Below, one piece after another: positions 10,116-19,895 of a stretch of 64,000 bases of DNA. Position numbers and translations under genes: made by a program. The notes beneath the pieces were generated by a model, which was not told the DNA's origin, ran no database searches, and was given only the letters and a program-made list of their open reading frames with translations. The stretch comes from an uncultured virus (IMG/VR IMGVR_UViG_3300042321_002025) (lineage: Duplodnaviria > Heunggongvirae > Uroviricota > Caudoviricetes). The first letter of the stretch is position 1. Each line of letters begins with the position of its first letter. The stretch lies in IMG/VR virus record IMGVR_UViG_3300042321_002025; one strand, given 5' to 3'.

Positions 10116-10304
10116 ATGACAAACAAATCATTATCAGGCGAATGCCTGAGTTGTGAATCAACCTACAATGTTTCTTTCATGGAAGAAATGGTGTCACAAG
10201 AATTACCAGAACATTGCCCATTCTGTGGTGAACAAATCGAAGAATTGTCCGAGGACTATATAGAGGATGATGACGATGATTTGGATACTAAGGAATGGGA
10301 CTAA
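10116..10304 (+). CDS. small Zn-ribbon protein
   Basis: CLSC...CPFCG; acidic tail. Confidence 0.7.
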   Translation: MTNKSLSGECLSCESTYNVSFMEEMVSQELPEHCPFCGEQIEELSEDYIEDDDDDLDTKEWD

Positions 10305-10741
10305 ACTGGCAATATGATGGTAAAGATTTTACGGAAGACTTGATTGGTAATAATTACGGGTTCGTGTATCAGATAACTAATCTGACAAATGGTAAAAAAT
10401 ACATAGGCAAGAAATTATTTTATTCTGCCAAAACCAAACAAGTCAAAGGTAAAAAGAAACGGTACAAAGCCAGTTCAAATTGGCAAACTTACTATGGAAG
10501 TAGTGACATCTTAACACAAGATGTGTTACAATACGGACACGATAACTTTGTCCGTGAGATTCTTCATTTATGCCACTCTAAAGGTCAATGTTCTTATTTG
10601 GAAGCAAAAGAACAGTTTACCAGAGGAGTTTTGGAAAGCGATGAATATTACAACACATGGATTATGGTTAGAGTAAGAAAAACTCACATAAAGGAAAAAG
10701 ATGCTGGACTTTCTACAACCACTAAAAAAAGACAAATTTGA
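10295..10741 (+). CDS. GIY-YIG family protein (Seg/NrdA.1-like)
   Basis: GFVYQITNLTNGKKYIGKK, YYGSS, YYN; follows nrdB. Confidence 0.8.
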   Translation: MGLNWQYDGKDFTEDLIGNNYGFVYQITNLTNGKKYIGKKLFYSAKTKQVKGKKKRYKASSNWQTYYGSSDILTQDVLQYGHDNFVREILHLCHSKGQCSYLEAKEQFTRGVLESDEYYNTWIMVRVRKTHIKEKDAGLSTTTKKRQI

Positions 10742-11045
10742 TTTTATCACATTTCTATCAGGAGATGAGGAAGGCAAAATCAATATTATGGGATCCGAAT
10801 ATGCGAACCCCGGTGAAGATGTTGGTGGTAATACTTTAGGCAAACTATATCACATTGTTCTATTTCGTGATAGTCAAGAAAATTCGGAAGAATATGATGA
10901 TGTTGATAACTTTGAAGCCATTCTCACCTGTCCTCTAGAATATATTTCAGGATTAATACCAAGTGGATTTTATGGCATAGTTGCTAGAAAGACTACCACG
11001 TCACATAAACTCATGGATAAACTGCTTGCCATGATGAAGAAATAA
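10701..11045 (+). CDS. hypothetical protein
   Basis: 114-aa ORF with AAGGA SD. Confidence 0.6.
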   Translation: MLDFLQPLKKDKFDFITFLSGDEEGKINIMGSEYANPGEDVGGNTLGKLYHIVLFRDSQENSEEYDDVDNFEAILTCPLEYISGLIPSGFYGIVARKTTTSHKLMDKLLAMMKK

Positions 11046-11054
11046 TAGTATAAT
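11026..11054 (+). promoter_or_regulatory. sigma70-type promoter upstream of RNase H
   Basis: TTGCCA-N17-TATAAT. Confidence 0.6.
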
Positions 11055-11082
11055 GTAGTTTTGAAACTGTTGAAAGTTTGTT

Positions 11083-11931
11083 ATGATTCTCGTTGATTTA
11101 AATCAAGTATTATTGTCTGGCCTCATGGCACAGATATCCAGTCAAAAAGGTGTTAAACTAGACGAAGGTCTGGTTCGCCACATGATTCTGAATATTCTCC
11201 GTATGCACATTCGTAATTTCCGTAAAGATTATGGTGATGTTGTATTATGTTGTGATAATCGTAAATATTGGCGCAAAGAATTTTTCCCATTCTATAAAGC
11301 TGGTCGTAAAAAGACCAGAGAAAAGTCTGATTTAGATTGGCATATGATTTTTGATATGTTAGCCAAATTTAAATCTGAACTGCGTGAAAACTTTCCATAC
11401 AAAGTGATTGATGTTGAAGGTGCTGAAGCGGATGATATCATTGGTACACTTGTACCAATTTATTCGGCTCATGAGAAGATTTTAATTCTATCAAGCGATG
11501 GAGATTTTTTACAATTACAATATTATGGCAGCAATGTAAAACAATATAATCCGGCACAAAAGAAATTTGTTAAATCTGATAATCCATCTTTAGAATTGAA
11601 AGAGAAGATTATTCGTGGTGATAAAGGTGACGGTATTCCAAATATGTTCTCACCATCTGATTGCTTTGTCCGTGACTTACGACAGAAACCTATTACCAAG
11701 AGTGTATTGGATAAGTATCTTAAAGAAGATGTGGTTGACTATAGTGAAACTGATAAAGCCAACTATTCCAGAAATGCCACACTTATTGACCTGTCTTTAA
11801 TACCGACCGATATCAAAGAAAAAATTATAAATACATATAATGAAGCAAAACCGGCATCTCGCCAAAAACTGTTAAATTATTTTATTGAAAACAAACTAAA
11901 GAATTTAATGGACGTTATTGAGGAATTTTAA
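11083..11931 (+). CDS. rnh: T4-like RNase H (5'-3' exonuclease)
   Basis: MILVD, YKAGRK, EADDIIG, SSDGDFLQL and GDKGDGIPN motifs. Confidence 0.93.
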   Translation: MILVDLNQVLLSGLMAQISSQKGVKLDEGLVRHMILNILRMHIRNFRKDYGDVVLCCDNRKYWRKEFFPFYKAGRKKTREKSDLDWHMIFDMLAKFKSELRENFPYKVIDVEGAEADDIIGTLVPIYSAHEKILILSSDGDFLQLQYYGSNVKQYNPAQKKFVKSDNPSLELKEKIIRGDKGDGIPNMFSPSDCFVRDLRQKPITKSVLDKYLKEDVVDYSETDKANYSRNATLIDLSLIPTDIKEKIINTYNEAKPASRQKLLNYFIENKLKNLMDVIEEF

Positions 11932-12353
11932 TGAAAAATATCTATGAAGTATTTGATGAATTTGAAGCTGTAACCACTAAAAAAGAACGAATGTTAGTAA
12001 TTGAAAAAAATCTATCAAAGACCTTGGTAGATGTGTTACAATTCACATTTCATCCAGAGTGTAAATGGAAAATTAAAGAAATGCCAGAGAATTATAAAAC
12101 TCCTGATACAAAACCAGGAATATCTCGATGCCAACTTTCCACCGAAATTAGAAAGTTGTATCTTTTCCAAGAAGGACATCCTGAAGCTGAAAAATTATCT
12201 CCAAGAAAACAAAACGAACTATTAATTCAACTTTTAGAATCAATAGAACCTCGTGAAGCTGAAGTTATTATTGGTATCTTCAAAAAAGACCAAGGCGTGA
12301 AAGGTTTGACATATAATTTTGTTAAAGAGGCGTTCCCTAATCTTTTACCCTAA
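11931..12353 (+). CDS. conserved T4-like phage protein downstream of RNase H
   Basis: 140-aa ORF with QLLESIEPREAE motif; position recalled as conserved. Confidence 0.7.
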   Translation: MKNIYEVFDEFEAVTTKKERMLVIEKNLSKTLVDVLQFTFHPECKWKIKEMPENYKTPDTKPGISRCQLSTEIRKLYLFQEGHPEAEKLSPRKQNELLIQLLESIEPREAEVIIGIFKKDQGVKGLTYNFVKEAFPNLLP

Positions 12354-12725
12354 ATGCACGACAAAGAACGAATTATCGTAACAGTTGGTGAATTCGATCC
12401 GTTAGATTCTAACGATTTACGCTTTCTCCAACGGTGCAGGAGAAAAGGTGATTGGTTGGTCGTAGGAGTTCATTCAGATTGGTGGATGGTCTATGCTCTT
12501 GGTGGGTTTACTCACAATTACAATACTCGCCGAGAGATTGTTGAAAATATAAGATGTGTTGGTGAAGTATTCTCATTCAATGATTCTGATGGTACAGTCT
12601 GCCAACTACTTAAAATAGTAAAAATTTGTTATCCACATTCCGACATTACCTATGTGTCAAATATGGATATGCATAATATGCCCGAAACTAAAATTAGAGG
12701 CATAACTTTTGAAACGATGAAATAG
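12354..12725 (+). CDS. cytidylyltransferase-like protein (TagD/RfaE domain II fold), degenerate HxGH motif
   Basis: TVGEFDPL, GDWLVVGVHSD and R.EIVENIRCV pattern; HxGH position reads DSND. Confidence 0.7.
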   Translation: MHDKERIIVTVGEFDPLDSNDLRFLQRCRRKGDWLVVGVHSDWWMVYALGGFTHNYNTRREIVENIRCVGEVFSFNDSDGTVCQLLKIVKICYPHSDITYVSNMDMHNMPETKIRGITFETMK

Positions 12726-12734
12726 GAGAGGTAA

Positions 12735-12920
12735 GTGACAAAATTTGTAGGTAAATTTCGTAAAAACAAAGATTACTCTGATGATTACGATTACGCAAGA
12801 AATGTTCTACACAGTAAGAAACGCCGTGATGAACACGGAGAAGTAAAGAAGTTAAAAAATTACGAATATGAAGATTCTCATAAATTGGTTGAGAAGGAAG
12901 ATTGGCCAACCAGGTTTTAA
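12735..12920 (+). CDS. small hypothetical protein
   Basis: GTG start after GGAGAGG SD. Confidence 0.6.
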   Translation: MTKFVGKFRKNKDYSDDYDYARNVLHSKKRRDEHGEVKKLKNYEYEDSHKLVEKEDWPTRF

Positions 12921-13027
12921 TTTCATATTATAAGAAATTTTATTATTTCCACTATTTTTTAATTTTTTTAGCATAAGTATCGGTGTCCGCTTTCGAAATA
13001 AAGCTTTGGTACCATAGGTACTGGTAT

Positions 13028-13082
13028 GTGTGTCTTAAAAACAACACTATCTCTTGACATTCTCCTTAAACTGTAGTATACT
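13028..13082 (+). promoter_or_regulatory. early promoter with degenerate upstream palindrome
   Basis: GTGTGTCTTAAAAACAACAC, then TTGACA-N17-TATACT. Confidence 0.7.
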
Positions 13083-13109
13083 TGTAATTTCCGAGTGGGA
13101 GATTACATT

Positions 13110-13454
13110 ATGATTATATACGGTTACATTCCGAAGTCTAAAAAACGCAAAGTTCCAAAATTAGTGAAACAACGTCACGAAGATTGGTTAAAATCAATTT
13201 CAGAAATACCACGGATTTGCAAATATGCCAAGTCCACGACTATTTCCAAATCTGTACCATCTCCTAGAATTCCTGCTGGCAGGGAAACTCCCCATTACGC
13301 ATCCGTTGACACAGGTTTTATACCTTGCGTTAAAAAAACGGAATATTCTTATACTGGCGATAAAATGAAAGGCATTGGCACAATGCACAAGTCTAATGCT
13401 GTTCCGGTATTCACGGATACTGAAGCCAAAGAAATTTCAAGTATGAGGAGATGA
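13110..13454 (+). CDS. basic conserved phage protein
   Basis: YTGDKMKGIGTMHKSNAVPV motif; GGGAG SD. Confidence 0.7.
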   Translation: MIIYGYIPKSKKRKVPKLVKQRHEDWLKSISEIPRICKYAKSTTISKSVPSPRIPAGRETPHYASVDTGFIPCVKKTEYSYTGDKMKGIGTMHKSNAVPVFTDTEAKEISSMRR

Positions 13455-13455
13455 T

Positions 13456-13626
13456 ATGTCAGCACCAAAAGGTTGGACAGATGATGAGTGGTACGATTTT
13501 CAGGAATATTTTGAATCCTTATCTTGCCAAGAACAACAAATTGAGTTACAATCCATGGTGGCACTAGGAAAAGCCAAACAACGAGGCAAAAATGTCGTTG
13601 TAATTGAACAATATTATGAAATGTGA
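13456..13626 (+). CDS. small hypothetical protein (56 aa)
   Basis: MSAPKGWTDDEWYDFQEY...; GAGGAG SD. Confidence 0.55.
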   Translation: MSAPKGWTDDEWYDFQEYFESLSCQEQQIELQSMVALGKAKQRGKNVVVIEQYYEM

Positions 13627-13632
13627 GAAATT

Positions 13633-13818
13633 ATGTTAACACAATGGGAAGAAACACAAATACATAGAGGTATGGATGAGATTATATTCAATCTAAGGCA
13701 TATTCCTGCTGAAGATGTTGCTTATTTTCTCGTAAAATTCAATCCGAAGCTTGCCGATGAGCTTGCATCAGCGATTGAACACAACTTTTTTGAGAAAGAT
13801 TTGAAAAATGTCAAATAA
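13633..13818 (+). CDS. hypothetical protein
   Basis: 61-aa ORF within the operon. Confidence 0.55.
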   Translation: MLTQWEETQIHRGMDEIIFNLRHIPAEDVAYFLVKFNPKLADELASAIEHNFFEKDLKNVK

Positions 13819-13966
13819 TATGCTATTTTTTGAAGCGGCACGAGCAGATGATGAAGAAATTCCTGCTTGGAAACGCTTGGATATCGTAACTCGCAAGTGG
13901 GCAATACTATCTCAACACGAAAAAGACCTTTCCGACTACCAAAAGATGAAGGAAATGTATCAATAA
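13808..13966 (+). CDS. small hypothetical protein (52 aa)
   Basis: MSNNMLFFEAARADDEEIPAWKRLD...; fills the gap before the next promoter. Confidence 0.5.
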   Translation: MSNNMLFFEAARADDEEIPAWKRLDIVTRKWAILSQHEKDLSDYQKMKEMYQ

Positions 13967-13972
13967 TCACTG

Positions 13973-14035
13973 GTGTTGCTAAAAAACAACACTTTCTAAG
14001 AAAATGCTTGACGGAATATAGGATTCCTGTATAAT
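13973..14035 (+). promoter_or_regulatory. early promoter with upstream palindrome
   Basis: GTGTTG-CTAAAAAA-CAACAC (13973-13992); TTGACG-N16-TATAAT. Confidence 0.8.
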
Positions 14036-14061
14036 TGTTATATTAATCGTTAGGAGCTTAT

Positions 14062-16179
14062 ATGCAATTACTTGAATCCAAATCACTTTTAGCCAAATTG
14101 ATGGCTACCGAGAACTTAGTAGTAGAACAGCGTAATGTTCCTACTGCTTGCTTTGATGTCAAAAATCGTGTTTTGACAATTCCTGTATTAGATAAGAATA
14201 TTTCTGGTTACCTTTATGACCTTTTTGTTGGTCATGAAGTTGGCCATGCACTTTATACTCCTGAATCTGGCCTTCTCCGTGCCAGAGATTTAAAGATCCC
14301 ACAATCCATTTCCAATGTTATTGAAGATGTTCGTATTGAAAAGAAAGTCAAATACAAATATCCTGGCCTCCGTTCATCTTTCACAAAAGCATATGTTGAA
14401 TTAACTCAAAAGAATTTCTTTGGCACTAATGGTGTCGATTTAAACGAATTGAATTTTGTTGACCGAGTGAATATGCACAGCAAAGGTGGTGCGATGCTCG
14501 GTATTCGTTTTGATGCCGAAGAAAGAAATTTACTCAATGAGATTGAATCTACCGAAAGTTATGATGATGTTTTAGTTGTGGCTCAAAAAGTTCTCGCTTT
14601 TATGAAACAAAAAGAAGAAGAGCGTAAAGCCAATATGCCAGATTCCGAAGATTATGAGGATGGTGATGATGGTGAAGATTTTGCAAACGAATGGGACGAT
14701 GACTTTGGTGACGAAACTGAAGAAGGCGAAGAAACCGAATCTGGATCAAAACAGGCTTCTGATGATTATGACGATGGTGAAGATGAAGATACTGAAATTA
14801 TTGGTAATGATGACCGATTCAACCATAAAGAAATAGAACAAGATAATGTTCGTGCTTTCACCGATGAAGCATTTAAACAAAATGAGAAAAAGTTGTTTGC
14901 TGAAAATGCAAGCAATTATATGTATGGTAACATTCCAAAATTTGATATGAAGAAAGGTATTCTATCATACAAGGTTTTGTATGCAAAAATTGAAGATGAA
15001 TATTCTCGCTGGTCATTAAATTTTGACAAAGCAGAAAATGGTCAGTATAATAAACTGCGCCGTGATACGAGCAAGGTGGTTTCTTATCTTGTTAAAGAAT
15101 TTGAATTGCGTAAAAATGCCGACCAGTTAAAACGTGCATCTACGGCCAAAACTGGCGACCTTGATATGAAGAAGATTTTCTCTTATCAATTCAATGATGA
15201 TATCTTTAAAAAGATATCGGTAGTGCCGAATGGTAAATCACATGGTCTTGTTATGTTCTTAGACTGGTCTGGTTCAATGCACGACCATCTTGCAAACACC
15301 ATGAAGCAATTAATCAGTTTGGTAATGTTCTGTAAGAAAGTAAACATTCCATATGATGTGTATGCTTTCGCTTCACCAGAATCGTTTAATGCACACCAGT
15401 ATGAAATTACACCAAAGAAAGGCGATATTGCAAGTAACCCTTTCTACCTGATGAATCTGCTATCAAGCAAAATGTCGGCTGGTGAATTTACCAAAGCGGC
15501 CAAGATTTTAACATTCATGGCCAATCATCAGAGATACACTCCTACCTTTATGTCGATGGGTGGTACACCATTGAATGAAGCAGTTATTGCCGCTATGGAA
15601 ATTATTCCCGCATTTCAGAAACAATACAAATTGCAAGTTGTAAATTCTGTGTTTTTAACTGATGGTGAAGGCCATTCACTCCGTCAGACTTATGACCAGA
15701 ATACAGAAGGCAAATTACACAGGATTGGTAAAGACTATGGTATTAGAGATTTTGGTTTGATTATTCGTGACCCATTGACTAAGCACCAAGAAATTGTTGA
15801 TAACATATATAATTGTGCTAGTCATACTGGTGCATATGTCAAGTTATTGAAAGCTCGCACCAATTGTAATGTGTTAGGTTTTTATGTAATCTCTGGTCGT
15901 GAATTTGGTCGTAAGATTTATGAATTCTATCCACGCACCGCAAATTACGATACAATCAAGGCTTCATTCCGTAAAACTAAATTTGCTGTTGTTACTACGG
16001 CTGGCTTTGATGAGTATTATGTTCTCCGTTCTGAAGCATTAGATACAGAAGAAGATAATACTTTTGAAGTAAAAGAAAATGCCACCACCCGTGGTCTAGT
16101 ATCTGCGTTTAGTAAGTATGCTGGTGGTCGTGTCGCTAACCGTGTTGTTCTCAACCGATTTATAGGAATGATAGCATGA
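14062..16179 (+). CDS. zincin-motif plus VWA-domain protein (CobT-like MoxR partner)
   Basis: HEVGH, NVIEDVRIE, acidic linker, MIDAS motif DWSGS...GGTPL...LTDGE. Confidence 0.85.
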   Translation: MQLLESKSLLAKLMATENLVVEQRNVPTACFDVKNRVLTIPVLDKNISGYLYDLFVGHEVGHALYTPESGLLRARDLKIPQSISNVIEDVRIEKKVKYKYPGLRSSFTKAYVELTQKNFFGTNGVDLNELNFVDRVNMHSKGGAMLGIRFDAEERNLLNEIESTESYDDVLVVAQKVLAFMKQKEEERKANMPDSEDYEDGDDGEDFANEWDDDFGDETEEGEETESGSKQASDDYDDGEDEDTEIIGNDDRFNHKEIEQDNVRAFTDEAFKQNEKKLFAENASNYMYGNIPKFDMKKGILSYKVLYAKIEDEYSRWSLNFDKAENGQYNKLRRDTSKVVSYLVKEFELRKNADQLKRASTAKTGDLDMKKIFSYQFNDDIFKKISVVPNGKSHGLVMFLDWSGSMHDHLANTMKQLISLVMFCKKVNIPYDVYAFASPESFNAHQYEITPKKGDIASNPFYLMNLLSSKMSAGEFTKAAKILTFMANHQRYTPTFMSMGGTPLNEAVIAAMEIIPAFQKQYKLQVVNSVFLTDGEGHSLRQTYDQNTEGKLHRIGKDYGIRDFGLIIRDPLTKHQEIVDNIYNCASHTGAYVKLLKARTNCNVLGFYVISGREFGRKIYEFYPRTANYDTIKASFRKTKFAVVTTAGFDEYYVLRSEALDTEEDNTFEVKENATTRGLVSAFSKYAGGRVANRVVLNRFIGMIA

Positions 16180-16373
16180 TAGAACAATTAGTATCCTTTT
16201 TTGGTGCCCAAGGACACCGCCATGCCGACATATTATTTGTGGCATCGTGTATTATGGCACCATATATTGTGGATTTTTTTAAAGAGTCCGATTTATTTAA
16301 AACCGAATTTTATAACACCGAAGAAGAAGCAGAAGCGGATGCTATGAAATATGCTTTTGGAGAAAATGAATGA
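16176..16373 (+). CDS. hypothetical protein
   Basis: 65-aa ORF, ATGA coupling. Confidence 0.55.
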   Translation: MIEQLVSFFGAQGHRHADILFVASCIMAPYIVDFFKESDLFKTEFYNTEEEAEADAMKYAFGENE

Positions 16374-16573
16374 AATTATTACATACACAATATGGGCCTG
16401 ACAGAAAGGCCAACATTTTTCATAATGACCATTGTTATGTTGTTGAGTTGTATATTGGTGACCGTTTGTATAGAAAGATGAATGTATTAGAAACATTAGT
16501 TGATGCTAAACATATGGTTGAAGTATTTTTAAACGAAGGTCGTAACCAACAATTATTGAACGAAAATGTCTAA
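16370..16573 (+). CDS. hypothetical protein
   Basis: 67-aa ORF with GGAG SD. Confidence 0.55.
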   Translation: MKLLHTQYGPDRKANIFHNDHCYVVELYIGDRLYRKMNVLETLVDAKHMVEVFLNEGRNQQLLNENV

Positions 16574-16832
16574 TATTATTGAAGCGGATGATTTTGATCC
16601 TAAAAGGATCGCTGATGAAATGATTAAACGATGCCTTAATGCCAGAGAATGGCACATCAAGTGTTATGTGAAAGAAGAATGGTTTATAAATGGAGTTGTT
16701 CCATTTACGATTAGTATGAAAGATGGTTTATATACTTGCAAAGTAATTGCTGCCACGAAATTGGAAGCACTTAAAAAAGTGGAAGAATATATGCCTGTGA
16801 TTAAGTTTATTGAAGAAGATAATAATGAATGA
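16566..16832 (+). CDS. hypothetical protein
   Basis: 88-aa ORF within the operon. Confidence 0.6.
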   Translation: MSNIIEADDFDPKRIADEMIKRCLNAREWHIKCYVKEEWFINGVVPFTISMKDGLYTCKVIAATKLEALKKVEEYMPVIKFIEEDNNE

Positions 16833-17106
16833 GAAACAAAAAGAGGCACTATTAATATTACAAGAAGAATGTGCTGAAGTAATCCAAGCTGCATCTAAAG
16901 TATTTCGTTTTGGTACAGAATCTAGGTGGCCAACCGAAGAATCAGGAACTACATTAGAAGAACTGCAAATGGAAGTTGGCCAAGTATTGGCGATGATTGA
17001 CATTTTGACAGAACAATGTGTATTATCAGATACCGCCATCAATGCAGCAAGACATTACAAAAAAGAAAAACTAAAGATTTGGTCAAGCATTTATGACACA
17101 GAATGA
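16825..17106 (+). CDS. MazG-like all-alpha NTP pyrophosphatase
   Basis: QEECAEVIQAASK...EVGQVLAMI pattern. Confidence 0.65.
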   Translation: MNEKQKEALLILQEECAEVIQAASKVFRFGTESRWPTEESGTTLEELQMEVGQVLAMIDILTEQCVLSDTAINAARHYKKEKLKIWSSIYDTE

Positions 17107-17205
17107 TTTAGTTACCAATTTGAAAAGAATTAGGTGTTGGACAACGGCAGATTCTATGGCCAGAAAATTGATTACCGAATTGATACAGGCACTAGGTGGT
17201 AAGTA

Positions 17206-17258
17206 GTGTTGCTAAAAAACAACACCTTGGTTGACACCATCCTTGGTTGTGTTATAAT
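17206..17258 (+). promoter_or_regulatory. early promoter with upstream palindrome
   Basis: GTGTTG-CTAAAAAA-CAACAC (17206-17225); TTGACA-N16-TATAAT. Confidence 0.8.
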
Positions 17259-17284
17259 GGTATTAAATTATGGAGATGAATTGA

Positions 17285-17512
17285 GTGAGTGAATTTGATA
17301 ACATGAGTGTGGCAGAATTACAAGGATATTATTCCGATTTCCACAAAGCAATTTTTAATTTCCGTCCTCGTTATCATACAACCGAACAATGGTATAATCT
17401 TGAATGGTTGAAACACGAAATAAATTCATTACATGACCACATGGATAAAATGAAAGCCACGCCAGCTGGTCGTGCTCAGTTAGAATCAGAAGGTTGGCAA
17501 TTTGAGGATTAA
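17285..17512 (+). CDS. early hypothetical protein
   Basis: YYSDFHK..FNFRPR motif; GGAG SD. Confidence 0.65.
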   Translation: MSEFDNMSVAELQGYYSDFHKAIFNFRPRYHTTEQWYNLEWLKHEINSLHDHMDKMKATPAGRAQLESEGWQFED

Positions 17513-17514
17513 TT

Positions 17515-17850
17515 ATGACGAAATCAGGTGAAAAACTTTTAAAACTTCTTCCACATATTGAAGAATACCAAAGATACATTGAGAGCAACTATCAATTTTA
17601 TAGTAATAGGTGTGAATACAAAAATGATTTAGGTTTTACTACTGGCTTTGAAGCTGGTAATAAGTATGTCAGAATCTTTCATTGGTACGATAGTGGTTCG
17701 TCCTTGAAACAAAGAAGTTGCCATTCATTCATCGACTTGAATACTGGTGATATATGGAAAGCGGCAAGTTGGAAAGCACCAGCTAAAAACTTTCCTCGTG
17801 GTAATGTTATACGAAAAGAATATGGTACAATTAGATGGACTGGTTGCTAA
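17515..17850 (+). CDS. conserved phage hypothetical protein
   Basis: HSFIDLNTGDIWKAASWKAPAK..RGN motif. Confidence 0.75.
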   Translation: MTKSGEKLLKLLPHIEEYQRYIESNYQFYSNRCEYKNDLGFTTGFEAGNKYVRIFHWYDSGSSLKQRSCHSFIDLNTGDIWKAASWKAPAKNFPRGNVIRKEYGTIRWTGC

Positions 17851-17872
17851 TTATATTCACCTGTAGTATAAT
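17844..17872 (+). promoter_or_regulatory. sigma70-type promoter
   Basis: TTGCTA-N17-TATAAT. Confidence 0.55.
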
Positions 17873-17904
17873 ATTTTAATTATGTTTATTAATGGAGATT
17901 TAAA

Positions 17905-18150
17905 GTGAAGAAGTATCTTATTATGTTATTACCGTTGTTATTACTACCGGCTTGTGCATCAAACCCACCGACTGTGGCTGGTGCAGAAAAGGTAGAAAAG
18001 ATGGAACGCCGTGATGTAATTCGTGGTGTCGGTGAATGTGAAGATGCTGATATGAAACCTTATGTTGAGTATGTTACACAAACTACTCCTCATGGTAAAG
18101 TATTAGTACCAATTAATGTTCATTGTGACCCTAAACGTAAAAAATCTTAA
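17905..18150 (+). CDS. putative lipoprotein
   Basis: Hydrophobic leader with LPAC lipobox-like motif. Confidence 0.6.
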   Translation: MKKYLIMLLPLLLLPACASNPPTVAGAEKVEKMERRDVIRGVGECEDADMKPYVEYVTQTTPHGKVLVPINVHCDPKRKKS

Positions 18151-18152
18151 TC

Positions 18153-18539
18153 ATGGACTATAATACAATTCTATCGACCTTAGGCATCACACAAGGTCGA
18201 CTAGAAACAATTATCATCTTTTCGATAATTGCCATTGGTATTGGTATTATCTGTGTAATGTATTGGAAATTTTTGTTGGCAGGTTTCTTTGCGCTTGTGA
18301 TTATCTTTGTATTCTCACGGTCAGAAGGCACACCTGAACCTCTAAGTGTAATTGCCAAAACTGCACCGCCTGTGGTGATTGATGAAACGCCACCACCAAA
18401 AGTAGAAGTAAAACCTGAACCTGTGCAACCTGTTGTGACACAGATAAGTAAAGAACAAAAAGAGTTTATGGAAGATTGTTTATCGTTAGCTGACAAAAAA
18501 TCAATTTGCGAGGAATTATGGAAACAACGCTCACAGTAA
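18153..18539 (+). CDS. membrane protein with Pro-rich linker
   Basis: Two TM segments, Pro-rich stretch, C-terminal Cys pair. Confidence 0.6.
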   Translation: MDYNTILSTLGITQGRLETIIIFSIIAIGIGIICVMYWKFLLAGFFALVIIFVFSRSEGTPEPLSVIAKTAPPVVIDETPPPKVEVKPEPVQPVVTQISKEQKEFMEDCLSLADKKSICEELWKQRSQ

Positions 18540-18594
18540 TACTAGTTATTATTTCTATTATCTTGGTAGCATACACCTTTCACACCTATACATT

Positions 18595-19173
18595 ATGACC
18601 GAAGAACAAATACAACACCTGACGGACCTCGTTAACAAAACAACTAAACGGGCGCCGTCTTTTGCTTTGATGCTCAATCATGTCATGCCAATCCATGAAC
18701 CACTGATTGTAGAAACTGGTTGTGCTCGACAAGAAAACAATTTTGAAGGTGATGGTATGTCTACCACCATCTTTGATACCTTTGTTGATTATCATGGTGG
18801 TGAATTCTATTCGGTAGATATTAATTCTGAGAATGTTCGATTTGCAGCCGCTACGGCCAAGAAAGCCAATCTGACTTGTTCCGATTCTGTAAAGTTTTTA
18901 TACAATCATTCTAAAATATGGGTAGCACAGAATCGTAAGATTGATTTACTGTATTTGGATTCGTTTGACTTTGATATGGACAATCCACATCCATCCTCAT
19001 TACACCACATCTTTGAACTGACCGCTATTATGCCATGCCTCAGAGAAGGCACCATGATTTGTGTTGATGATAACTTTGACACCGTTGGTAAAGGTGGTTA
19101 TGTAAAAGAATTTATGGATTTGATTGGCAAAGAAAGAATATATACTGGTTACCAATGGGTGTGGAAACTTTAA
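18595..19173 (+). CDS. class I SAM-dependent methyltransferase-like protein
   Basis: IVETG, YSVDI, DSVKFL, IDLLYLDS and ICVDD motifs. Confidence 0.75.
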   Translation: MTEEQIQHLTDLVNKTTKRAPSFALMLNHVMPIHEPLIVETGCARQENNFEGDGMSTTIFDTFVDYHGGEFYSVDINSENVRFAAATAKKANLTCSDSVKFLYNHSKIWVAQNRKIDLLYLDSFDFDMDNPHPSSLHHIFELTAIMPCLREGTMICVDDNFDTVGKGGYVKEFMDLIGKERIYTGYQWVWKL

Positions 19174-19183
19174 GGAGATAGAC

Positions 19184-19432
19184 ATGACCACTTTCACCAG
19201 TGAAGATAGGCAATCAGCACAAAAGATTGTAGACGAAGCACCGTATCATCCTGGTTACGAAGGTGTCATACCGAATACTCAACTGAAACTAGATTTACCC
19301 AGCGCAGAAGAACAGAACTCTTTACTCCGCAAACGGATCCTTGAACTAGAAAAAGAACTAGAAGAATACCGTTCCTTTAAAACTCGCCACTCTAACACAG
19401 CACAAGGCATTATTGACTTTTTAAGAACATGA
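19184..19432 (+). CDS. hypothetical coiled-coil protein
   Basis: AAGGAG SD before ATG at 19184. Confidence 0.6.
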   Translation: MTTFTSEDRQSAQKIVDEAPYHPGYEGVIPNTQLKLDLPSAEEQNSLLRKRILELEKELEEYRSFKTRHSNTAQGIIDFLRT

Positions 19433-19895
19433 TTACATTTTTTGGTATATTTGGAATACTCATCACCGTACTTGTGGCAGTACCAGCAACTCTGATTGCT
19501 ATTGCCACCCTTATCGAACATCCAATCCGAACCATTCTTGCTCTATGGTTGGACCTCATTGAAACTTACAAAAACCTCTGGTATAATATAACGAAGTAAA
19601 CCAGCGAAACGCATCACCATATTATGGCGAAACCACTCCTAGTACCTCTCGTATTCCTCTGCGTTTCCGCCGCATCCGGGCCAGCGCTTCCGAAAGGTTC
19701 CAATAACCATTCTCAGAAGCCGCTGAGCCACACTAAATGAAACTACTACACATATTCCAATATTGGACCGATACATCACTCTGGTTCAAACCAAAATTCT
19801 GGTACTATAACGAAATCACTCCCAAAGGATTCCGATTATTCACTCTTTGTGGTATTTGCTTCGTCTTTGACCGACCAGAGATATCCATATGAAGC

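Noticed and set aside
11826..11833. TATAAATA inside the RNase H gene
   Set aside because: Lies in an AT-rich coding stretch; it may drive the downstream gene but cannot be told from chance
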